Assembly (NCBI GenBank): GCA_035548935.1
Contig: DASZRZ010000063.1
Location: forward strand, 1-38,777
From: Terriglobales bacterium
GTDB taxonomy: Bacteria > Acidobacteriota > Terriglobia > Terriglobales > Acidobacteriaceae
Direction: 5' to 3'
Length of the DNA: 38,777 bases
Under the pieces are notes generated by a model. The model ran no database searches. It was not told where the DNA came from and saw nothing but the letters and a program-made list of their open reading frames with translations. A program made the position numbers and the translations under genes. Shown in pieces: positions 25,797-33,619 of this stretch (positions are counted from its first letter, which is position 1; each line of letters begins with the position of its first letter).

Positions 25797-27271
25797 TCCT
25801 TCTCCTTCTCCAGGGCCCATAACTCCAGCTCCGCGCCGCCGCGCCGCGGGCTCAACTTCAGCCAGATATTGCCGTCGCGCATGCGGCTGGTGAAGGATTG
25901 CACCGCGCCGTGTCTGCCCTGGTCCAGCGCCAGCGCCAGCCTGAGCAATACAACCGCCTTGGGGATAAGAGCGCGGTCTTCCAGGCTCAACGCCGCCAGC
26001 GCCTGGTCGTCCATCGAAGGGCGGGACTTCCCCATATAGCGGGCAATCGCCGCGATTAACCGCCTCTGCTGCGTCGTGTACCCGAACATCTCCGAGTGCG
26101 CGATGATGTAATACGTATGGCGATGGCGGCCGGTGCGGTTGATAAAACCTCCGGTCTCGTGCAGCATGGCGGCCGCCGCGAGCCAGTCGGAATATTCCAG
26201 CGGAAGCTGGTGAAACGATTTCAAACTCCGGAACAACTCCAGGCAAAACGCGCGCACGCGCTCCGCGAACTTCCAATCGACGCGGTAATGATCTCCCAAC
26301 GCCCGTATGGCGCTGGCGCGCTCCGCTGTGAGCTGCTGCCGCATACGGGCCGTGGGACCGTAGTCCAGCACCATTTGCGCCAGAATTCCATCGCGCAAGC
26401 CCAGCGGAGAATACCGGAAGTTGCTCAGGTCGAGCCGCGTCATTAGATCCGAGAACACCGAGGCTCCCGCGATGATGATCTCCGCCCTGCGGGAGTTGAT
26501 TCCCGGCAGCGCGCTACGCTGCGCCAGGTTCAGCTTCGCCAGCTTATCCGCCAGTGCGATCACCCTGGGCCGCGGCACCGCGCTCACGGGACGCCTGCCC
26601 CCTTTGCCGCCCAGGGCCATCGCCGCAATCGCCGCCGCCGTGCCCGATGTCGCTATCGTGAGATGTACATTCTCGGCAAGTATCCGCTTCTGGACGCGGC
26701 TGACCTCTTCGGCTATGAAGCTCTCCAGCCTTCCCATCTCTTTCTTGCGGGGAGGATCGCGTTGCAGGAATTCCTGGGTAAGCCGCACCGCGCCCAACGG
26801 CAGACTGAACATCTGCCGGATTTGTCCCCTCGAAGAGACTGTCAGCTCACAGCTTCCGCCACCAAGGTCGATCAGCAGCACCCGCGATGCCGTAATCCGC
26901 ATCGCGTTCGTCACTCCCAGATGAATCAGACGGCCCTCTTCAAGCCCGGAGATGATCTCCACCCGCCATCCCGTCGCGGCTCGCACCCAGTTGATGAAGG
27001 CGCCCGAATTGCGCGCATCGCGCAACGCACTGGTTGCCACCACGCGTAATGCGTCTGCGCCCAGCCTTTGAGTTGTGCGATGGAAGCGGCTCAACACCTT
27101 CACGGTGTGCGCCATTGCCTGGGGGTCCAGAATGCCGGTGCGGAATACTGCCCCGCCCAGCCGCGTCACCTCACGGTCTTCTTCGACCAGGGTCAAGCGG
27201 TTTCGTACCAGGCGAGCGACCTTCAGCCGGACTGAGTTGGCGCCGATATCGATGGCCGCAAAGGTTGACAT
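25748..27271 (-). CDS. ppx: Exopolyphosphatase / pppGpp phosphohydrolase (Ppx/GppA family with C-terminal HD domain)
   Basis: It has AAIDIGANSVRL, VVATSALRDARN, IISGLEEGRL and LIDLGGGS. The HD region has LHETGGFINRTGRHRHTYYI. Confidence 0.92.
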   Translation of the reverse strand: MSTFAAIDIGANSVRLKVARLVRNRLTLVEEDREVTRLGGAVFRTGILDPQAMAHTVKVLSRFHRTTQRLGADALRVVATSALRDARNSGAFINWVRAATGWRVEIISGLEEGRLIHLGVTNAMRITASRVLLIDLGGGSCELTVSSRGQIRQMFSLPLGAVRLTQEFLQRDPPRKKEMGRLESFIAEEVSRVQKRILAENVHLTIATSGTAAAIAAMALGGKGGRRPVSAVPRPRVIALADKLAKLNLAQRSALPGINSRRAEIIIAGASVFSDLMTRLDLSNFRYSPLGLRDGILAQMVLDYGPTARMRQQLTAERASAIRALGDHYRVDWKFAERVRAFCLELFRSLKSFHQLPLEYSDWLAAAAMLHETGGFINRTGRHRHTYYIIAHSEMFGYTTQQRRLIAAIARYMGKSRPSMDDQALAALSLEDRALIPKAVVLLRLALALDQGRHGAVQSFTSRMRDGNIWLKLSPRRGGAELELWALEKEKDYFREVFGRELVPVLS

Positions 27272-27334
27272 GCCGCTCTTGCAAACCGGAACTGGATGGA
27301 TTTTTTTGCTGAATCGACGCCACGCTGGCCGCGC

Positions 27335-28282
27335 TTATGAGGCGCGCGCCGGCACCGGGGCAATCTCTTCGGACTTGCTGGCTTTGCGGAGGAATCCCAC
27401 TCCGCCAAGCACCGAATCCTTCACCTCGGGAATTACCCGCATTGCCTCAAGAAACTTTGAGCGCTTCATGGCGCGCAAGGCCGGAAGCAGCCCCCCGCTC
27501 GATGGAGCCAACACGCGCCCGGCCTGCTCTGTCAGGCTCTGCCAATCGTGCCACTCGCCCACGGCGTCCTGAATCCTCTTGAACTGCTCCACCAGCAACT
27601 GCGCCTCGGATTGCTCCCCATGGCCATGGGTGGACTTGCCATTTTGCGAAACTATGGATTGGGAGATCGTTGGTTGGGAGATCATGGATTGAGAGACCAT
27701 GGGATTGAAACTGGCAAGCTCGGCGGCCATTTCCGCGACATAACGCGCCCGTTTACACTCCATGCGGAAGGCATGCAGGTTTCCTTCGCTCAACGGCGAA
27801 TATCTCTCCAGTGCAGCGGCGAACATTTGCCGTGCCGCCTTAACGGACGTGCGAGCCTTTTCCGCTGCCGCCGCCGATGCCGGGACAGTCAGAAATGCCT
27901 GCAACTGCCCGCCCGGATTCTTTTCCGAAATCTCCTCCAGCAGAGAGGTAAGCTTGCTCTCATTCTTCGCACGGATCTTGCACAGCGTGCGGGTCAGCCT
28001 GGCCTTCTCCTGCCGTGCCGATTCCAATCGTATCCCTCTCAGGGCCACCAACTGCACGTCGACATCGCGCAGCTTTCCCGCCCGGCGGCGCAGCTTCTTC
28101 AACAACTTCGGAAGCTCCTGCTTGCCGCCGGAGGCCATCATTCTGGTTTCAATGCGGCGGAGCGTGGTTCGCACGTGATGCACGCGGGGCGCGGTCGCTT
28201 CTTTCGCCAGCTCCCGGATCAGCTTATTGAGCTTTCGTAGAAGGGGCGATGGCGGATCTTCCTGCCTGGAGGTCTTGCTCAT
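27335..28282 (-). CDS. CHAD domain protein (polyphosphate-granule-associated type)
   Basis: It is helical and Arg/His-rich, with CHAD-type motifs VHHVRTTLRRIE, LHAFRMECKRARY and EWHDWQ. ATG 28282 is used; the track's TTG at 28321 would add 13 residues. Confidence 0.75.
   Translation of the reverse strand: MSKTSRQEDPPSPLLRKLNKLIRELAKEATAPRVHHVRTTLRRIETRMMASGGKQELPKLLKKLRRRAGKLRDVDVQLVALRGIRLESARQEKARLTRTLCKIRAKNESKLTSLLEEISEKNPGGQLQAFLTVPASAAAAEKARTSVKAARQMFAAALERYSPLSEGNLHAFRMECKRARYVAEMAAELASFNPMVSQSMISQPTISQSIVSQNGKSTHGHGEQSEAQLLVEQFKRIQDAVGEWHDWQSLTEQAGRVLAPSSGGLLPALRAMKRSKFLEAMRVIPEVKDSVLGGVGFLRKASKSEEIAPVPARAS
27652..27711. repeat. In-frame 15-bp tandem repeat x4 inside the CHAD gene, encoding (M/T/I)(V/I)SQ(S/P) pentapeptides
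   Basis: The units are ctatggattgggaga / tcgttggttgggaga / tcatggattgagaga / ccatgggattgaaac. The translation is ...PMVSQSMISQPTISQSIVSQ... Confidence 0.85.
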
Positions 28283-28524
28283 GGGCTGATCCAATCTACC
28301 TGAGCCTTCCAGTGAATTCAACGCGCCTTACTATAGTCCGGGGAAAGGCTTCCTGTACGTGATGAGAACAGCCTTCCATGGTTGTGGAAAACTGCCGTCG
28401 CCCGCGTCCGGGCAGCAAAATATGTCACACGTAATCAAACATTTATGGTTGCCCCGATGAGATTTCGTTTTCCACAGGGCGATGAGCGATAATCTCCACG
28501 CTCAAACTTGATCCGGATATCTCT

Positions 28525-28719
28525 ATGAATGAACAATATCCTGCCCGCATCTGGTTCTCTCCTCCCAAATTCTGGGCGGCAACCGAAGGCATGAGCAAAG
28601 ATCAAATTGATGGATGGATGGAACAGATCTGGCAACTGGCCGAACGCTCCGACATCAATGCTCTGAAGCAGTTCGACTTTATCTACGTTGGCCCTTACCG
28701 GGGACGAAACGCGGCCTGA
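28525..28719 (+). CDS. Possible small hypothetical protein (64 aa, Trp-rich)
   Basis: It is an ATG ORF in a lower-GC spacer. Its composition looks more protein-like than the overlapping minus-strand ORF. It has no SD and no recognised family. Confidence 0.3.
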   Translation: MNEQYPARIWFSPPKFWAATEGMSKDQIDGWMEQIWQLAERSDINALKQFDFIYVGPYRGRNAA

Positions 28720-28744
28720 CCCTCGGTTTGCAAGGGATGGCGAA

Positions 28745-29041
28745 TCAGCCATTCAACGGCACAAACACATCCCTGCGAATCTCTCCCGGCTCTATCTCGT
28801 CCACGAAGCACCACACCCATTGCTCTCCCGGCTCGATGGAGCGCATGAGTGGATGCTTGCTGCGATGGTAATGCTTGGTTGCATGCTTGTTCTTCGATGA
28901 GTCACAGCACCCCACCTGTCCGCATTCCAGACACAGCCGCAGGTGAAGCCATGTATCGCCCTTCTTCACGCACTCCTCGCACTCGTGTTTATCGGTCCGG
29001 GTGAATTGAATATGGTCGAGGTGCGTACACTCGTTCGTCAT
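28745..29041 (-). CDS. UBP-type zinc-finger domain protein
   Basis: It has the Cys/His pattern CTHL...HECEEC...WLHLRLCLECGQVGCCDSSKNKHATKHYH..KHP typical of zf-UBP. TAGGAG lies 6 nt upstream of the ATG. Confidence 0.85.
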   Translation of the reverse strand: MTNECTHLDHIQFTRTDKHECEECVKKGDTWLHLRLCLECGQVGCCDSSKNKHATKHYHRSKHPLMRSIEPGEQWVWCFVDEIEPGEIRRDVFVPLNG

Positions 29042-29116
29042 CGCTGACTCCTAAGTGGCAGTTTTACACCTCCAGTTTAATCCACACCACTGCTCGCAGC
29101 GCAATCGTGATGCTGG

Positions 29117-31171
29117 TTAAACAGCCGCGGCACTGAGCGCTGACTGTGGAGAAACCGCCTTGCGCGTCTCTGGATGCACTGCTGGCTGCACCGCAAAAAC
29201 ATCCTCCACCCCAGCCCGCAGCAGCTCCGCGATGTTCCAGGCCTGAGCAAAGCAGCCCCCCGAGCGGTAGGGAGGCTCGGCGTCAAACAACTCGGAGATT
29301 TGTCCCAGCCCTGCCTCTGACAAATGCCGCTCCAAAGCCTGCATCCACTCGCCAGCCTGCTTCCGGGCTTCGGGCCCTCCGCCCTGGACCTTCAAGTACG
29401 CGGTAAGAAACGGCCCCAGCAGCCACGGCCATACCGTTCCCTGGTGATAGGCCGAATCGCGGTTGCGCACATCCCCGCCATAGTGCGCGACGTATCTGGG
29501 GTCCGACGCCGACAGACTGCGCAATCCATAAGGCGTCCGCAGCTCCTTCTCCACAACCTCGACTACGCTGCGCGCCCGCTCCGGCGGCAGCATGGTGTAA
29601 TGCAGACTGACAGCAAAAATCTGATTGGGACGGATGGAAGCATCCGGCGGCCCGCCATTCACCACGTCGTACAAACACCCGGCAGCTGGATTCCAGAACA
29701 GGCGGTTGAAGCTCCACTTCACCACCTCAGCCAGACCGCTGTAGCGCTTCCGCTCCGCTTCGTTCTCAAACGCCTGCGCCAGACCTTCCATGATCCGCAG
29801 CGCGTTATACCAAAGCGCCTGAATCTCCACCGGCTTGCCGCGCCTCGGCGTTACCACCCAGTCGCCGATTTTGGCGTCCATCCATGTAAGCTGCACGCCC
29901 GCCTCTCCGGCGGCGAGTAACCCCGTGGGATCGGAATGGATACCGTGGCGCGTGCCGCGCAAATGCCACGAAATAATGCTGGCCAGCACCGGATACAGCT
30001 TGCCGCGAACCGTCTCGTAATCGCACGTATACGCCAGATAGGCCCGCACTGCCTCGAAATACCACAGCGTGGCGTCCACCGTGTTGTATTCGGGAGCCTC
30101 CCCGCCATCGGGAAAGCGGTTCGGCAGCATGCCCTCATCCACGCTCGCTGCAAACTCCAGCAGGATTTGGCGCGCAACCTCAAAGCGCCCGGTCACCAGG
30201 GCCAGCCCCGTCAGCGAAATCATGGTGTCGCGGCCCCAATCGCTGAACCACGGATATCCGGCGATCACCGTCTTACCCTCGCCCCGGTCCACAATGTATT
30301 GGTCCGCGGCCAGCACCAGTTGCCGGATGAACTCGTTCCCTCCCGGCACGGAAGCAGCAATCGCATTCTTTCTGGCAATCTCGTCGCGCCGTAACTGCCC
30401 GGCATCGGCGGCGGCGCGCAGGATCGTTGACGCGACCACCGTCGCCGCTGGATTCGAACTCGAAGGCGATTGCGAAGAAGACAATTCAAATCTCAGCACA
30501 AGGGGATTGAACAGATCCTCCGAGTAGTCCAGTCCGCGCTCCCGCTCCACCCGGTATTCGAAGTTGCGGTACCACTCGCCCGTCGTCCTGACCTCGCCGG
30601 CATTGTGGGCAAAGTAAAGCCGGGGAACGCCATCGTAAGGTTGCAGGCTCGCGACTCCTGGTTTCTGCTGCACCTCGGAGTTGAACGCCGGGTTCTCGTG
30701 GGTGGTCGAATGAAAATCGCGGAATGCAACCAGCGGACGCAGCTCCAGCGAGACACCCCGGCCGGCTGCATTCCGCACCTGGTACTCGACCACCGTTGTG
30801 CTTTCCCCCTGCACCATGAAGATCGTCTTTTCCAACTCGACTCCGTCAACATCGAAAACGAAGGTGGGGAACGGCTCCAGCCGGAAGAGCTTCAGGTAGC
30901 GGTAGCCCTGGGGATGAATCACGCCGGGATACTGGTTTGCGGAAAGCTCAAACGTCTTTCCATCCACCATCAGCGTTTCTTCCATCTTCGACAGCAGCAC
31001 CATGCGGCCCACCGGCGGCTGGGTCGCCGCCGTAAGTAAAGAGTGATACCGCCGGGTATTCAGACCCGCCAGCGTGGAACACGCAAAGCCACCCTTGCCG
31101 TTGGTCAGCAGCCACTCCCGGCTTGAAGCCTCTTCAAAGTTGGCACAAATATCGCGACTGAATTCAATCAT
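29117..31171 (-). CDS. Glycogen debranching enzyme (archaeal/bacterial GDE type, amylo-alpha-1,6-glucosidase C-terminal domain)
   Basis: It has the N-terminal REWLLTNGKGGFA..T..GLNTRRYHSLL and (alpha/alpha)6 domain motifs GYPWFSDWGRDTMISL and AYHQGTVWPWL. GGGAAGAG overlaps the upstream stop. Confidence 0.9.
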   Translation of the reverse strand: MIEFSRDICANFEEASSREWLLTNGKGGFACSTLAGLNTRRYHSLLTAATQPPVGRMVLLSKMEETLMVDGKTFELSANQYPGVIHPQGYRYLKLFRLEPFPTFVFDVDGVELEKTIFMVQGESTTVVEYQVRNAAGRGVSLELRPLVAFRDFHSTTHENPAFNSEVQQKPGVASLQPYDGVPRLYFAHNAGEVRTTGEWYRNFEYRVERERGLDYSEDLFNPLVLRFELSSSQSPSSSNPAATVVASTILRAAADAGQLRRDEIARKNAIAASVPGGNEFIRQLVLAADQYIVDRGEGKTVIAGYPWFSDWGRDTMISLTGLALVTGRFEVARQILLEFAASVDEGMLPNRFPDGGEAPEYNTVDATLWYFEAVRAYLAYTCDYETVRGKLYPVLASIISWHLRGTRHGIHSDPTGLLAAGEAGVQLTWMDAKIGDWVVTPRRGKPVEIQALWYNALRIMEGLAQAFENEAERKRYSGLAEVVKWSFNRLFWNPAAGCLYDVVNGGPPDASIRPNQIFAVSLHYTMLPPERARSVVEVVEKELRTPYGLRSLSASDPRYVAHYGGDVRNRDSAYHQGTVWPWLLGPFLTAYLKVQGGGPEARKQAGEWMQALERHLSEAGLGQISELFDAEPPYRSGGCFAQAWNIAELLRAGVEDVFAVQPAVHPETRKAVSPQSALSAAAV

Positions 31172-31181
31172 GGGCTCTTCC

Positions 31182-32516
31182 CTAACTCGCCGCCCGGCGC
31201 ACCTTAATTTCCGCCACCTTGACGGGGGATTCGATCTCCTCCTTGGATACCGAGGGGGCCCGGAAGGTTACAAATTGCACCAAATCTTTTGAGAACATCA
31301 GGTCCAGCGTCCAGTCGAGCGCCACCCGAAGCTTTTTTTCAAACCTTGGCAGTTTGCTCAAGTAAATCGTCCGCCACAGCCACCAGGCGATAAATCCCGA
31401 AAAATTGACTCCTAATATCTGAGCCACGCCGGTTCGCCTTCCAATCGCCGCCAACTGGCCGATGGTCATGAACGAGAACGGCTTCTTCTTCCCTCCCCGG
31501 ATTTCAGCCACGAGATTCCGTGCCAGCACCCGGCCCTCGCGCAGCGCATGTTGGGCGGTCGGAGGATAGGCTCCTCCCTTTCCATCGGGAATCACCGCGC
31601 AATCGCCCAGCGCCCAAAGGCCGGGAATCTCCGGTACCGCCAGCGTGTTGTCCACAACTACGCGGCCGCGCTCCCTCATGCAGGGGATGGAAGCCAGCAG
31701 GGGATTGGGCGACGTTCCCGCCGTCCAGATCAGCATCTGGCTCTTGATGGTGGTGCCGTCGCTCAGCGTCACCTGGTCATCGCTCACCGCTGTCACGCGA
31801 GTGCGCGTGCGCACATCCACGCCCCGCTCCCGCAGTTTGGCTCCCGCATAGCGGCCAAGCTTCACATCCAGCTCCGGCAAAATATCCTCTCCCGGATGCA
31901 CAAGAACCACACAAATCTCCTGATCCCGCAAATTGCTGTAGGAGCGCACCGCTTCGCGCAGGAAATCATTGATGCCGGCGATCGTCTCCACACCGGCAAA
32001 ACCACCTCCCGCCACAACAAAGGTCAACAGCGGCTCGCGGAGGTCCGCGGTGCATTCGATATCCGCTTCCTCAAGTTGGGCGATCAGCCGGTTCCGCAGG
32101 TGGATGGCGTCGCCCAGCGTCTTCATCGTCAGGGCGCGCTCCTCCAATCCCGGCAGGTTGAAGAAGTTCGTGATCGATCCCAGGGAGAGCACCAGATGGT
32201 CATAGTCCAGTTGATGATGGTGGTGGTCGGAGCCGTGCGAAACCGTAACCTGCTTTTTCACCACGTTGATCGATTCCACATCTCCCGCAAAAAACTTCAC
32301 CCGCTTGAGCAGCTTGCGGATGGGATTCACGATGTTGCTCAGATCGAGGTCGCTGGCGGCCACCTCATGCAGCATGGGCGTAAACAGGAAGAAGTTGTCG
32401 CGGTTCACCAGCGTGACCTCAACGTCGGGATCGCGCGCCAGCGTCTTCTCCAGCTCCATTGCCACGTAGAGCCCGCCGAAGCCTCCGCCGAGAATAAGAA
32501 CCCGGGTCGTCTTCAT
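31182..32516 (-). CDS. ndh: Type II NADH:quinone oxidoreductase (NDH-2)
   Basis: It has two dinucleotide folds (VLILGGGFGGL, FVVAGGGFAGVE), GDCA, and a C-terminal amphipathic membrane anchor (FIAWWLWRTIYLSKLP). ATG 32516 overlaps the upstream TGA (ATGA). Confidence 0.9.
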   Translation of the reverse strand: MKTTRVLILGGGFGGLYVAMELEKTLARDPDVEVTLVNRDNFFLFTPMLHEVAASDLDLSNIVNPIRKLLKRVKFFAGDVESINVVKKQVTVSHGSDHHHHQLDYDHLVLSLGSITNFFNLPGLEERALTMKTLGDAIHLRNRLIAQLEEADIECTADLREPLLTFVVAGGGFAGVETIAGINDFLREAVRSYSNLRDQEICVVLVHPGEDILPELDVKLGRYAGAKLRERGVDVRTRTRVTAVSDDQVTLSDGTTIKSQMLIWTAGTSPNPLLASIPCMRERGRVVVDNTLAVPEIPGLWALGDCAVIPDGKGGAYPPTAQHALREGRVLARNLVAEIRGGKKKPFSFMTIGQLAAIGRRTGVAQILGVNFSGFIAWWLWRTIYLSKLPRFEKKLRVALDWTLDLMFSKDLVQFVTFRAPSVSKEEIESPVKVAEIKVRRAAS

Positions 32517-33619
32517 AACAGCTCCGCGACCTCGCAAAACACCTTGATCGACCCATTGCCATTATTCAGCGCGTCGAACAGCGCCTTGTAGCTGCCCAGT
32601 CCCTTGATGGGGGTGGTGAGCAGGCGCGAAAGCCATCCCGGATACTCCTCCTCCGCCTGCGACATGTCGCGTACCCCTGCCTCGAAGTGCTCGCGGTTGG
32701 CGTTGACCGTTCCCACCATCGCCTTGTTTCCCAACACAAACTCCAGGTTGATCTTGTCGGAGGGAACCTCAATTTTCCGGTCGCCACCGGTAACGCTGGA
32801 GAGCACCAGAACTCCATTCTTCGCCAGCGCCTGCATGCTCTCGAACACCACCGGCGAATAGCCCGTCGCCTCCATAATCAAGTCATAGCGGCCATTGTTC
32901 GCCGACTCCTGCAAAATGGGTGTCTCCGCCGTGGACACATAGCGCGCTCCCACCGCCTCAACCAGTTCGGCGTTGCGGTTGGGTTTGGCGGTCTTCGCAA
33001 AGGTTGTGACTTCCATGCCGCGCATCCGCATGCAGATCGTCGCCAGCAACCCAACGGTTCCCGCCCCCATCACCGCCGCCCGCCGGGGCCGCCATATCTT
33101 CAGCCTGCGTTGCACCTCGTAGGCTTGCAGTAATCCCTTTTCCACGATCGTCAGCGGCTCCAACAGCACCCCAACCTGCTTGAGCCCTTGCGGAATCTTC
33201 ACGATGTACTCCGCGTCATCCACGTAGTACTCGGTCAGAAAGCCATGAAGATGGCTGATGCCGCGCTCGTAATACACATCGTCCGTGGTCATGTCGAAGG
33301 TGCCGATACGGTCGTAAAGACTCTTTCCCGGACGCCTCACAATGGCCACCACGTAGTCGCCCGGCTTGAGGCTGGTTACATTCGGACCCACCGCCTCAAC
33401 CATGCCGAAACTCTCATGGCCCAATACGAGGAAGTTCGATCCGGCGGGAGCATCGCCGTATTCCGCGGCGTTGATCTCCTTATCGGTACCGTCCACGCCC
33501 ACCCGCAGCACCTTCACCAATACGCCGCGCCCGTCGGCAACATCGTTGACCGAAGGTTTCGCCATCTCCTCCAGATGAGCCGTGCCGGGCTTTCCCGGAT
33601 AAACTGCAATCGCTTTCAT
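32513..33619 (-). CDS. MDR-family glucose 1-dehydrogenase (archaeal GDH-like), Asp-type catalytic zinc site
   Basis: It is collinear by eye with Sulfolobus/Thermoplasma/Haloferax GDH: MKAIAV..., [48 protein letters not shown] and IMEATG. ATG 33619 overlaps the upstream TGA (ATGA). Confidence 0.75.
   Translation of the reverse strand: MKAIAVYPGKPGTAHLEEMAKPSVNDVADGRGVLVKVLRVGVDGTDKEINAAEYGDAPAGSNFLVLGHESFGMVEAVGPNVTSLKPGDYVVAIVRRPGKSLYDRIGTFDMTTDDVYYERGISHLHGFLTEYYVDDAEYIVKIPQGLKQVGVLLEPLTIVEKGLLQAYEVQRRLKIWRPRRAAVMGAGTVGLLATICMRMRGMEVTTFAKTAKPNRNAELVEAVGARYVSTAETPILQESANNGRYDLIMEATGYSPVVFESMQALAKNGVLVLSSVTGGDRKIEVPSDKINLEFVLGNKAMVGTVNANREHFEAGVRDMSQAEEEYPGWLSRLLTTPIKGLGSYKALFDALNNGNGSIKVFCEVAELL

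Noticed and set aside
25317-26276. A 319-aa minus-strand ORF overlapping sixA and ppx in another frame
   Set aside because: It overlaps two motif-supported genes. Its Gly/Arg/Ala-rich sequence has no signature.
1451-27711. The possibility that the short tandem repeats represent a degenerate CRISPR array or MITE-type mobile elements
   Set aside because: The units are 8-18 bp and directly abutting with no spacers. They are unrelated to each other, lack terminal inverted repeats, and no cas or transposase genes are present.
28435-28752. A 105-aa minus-strand ORF overlapping the zf-UBP stop and the 64-aa plus-strand ORF
   Set aside because: It has an Arg/Ser/Gly-rich, low-complexity-like composition and no RBS. 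It overlaps the end of a supported gene.
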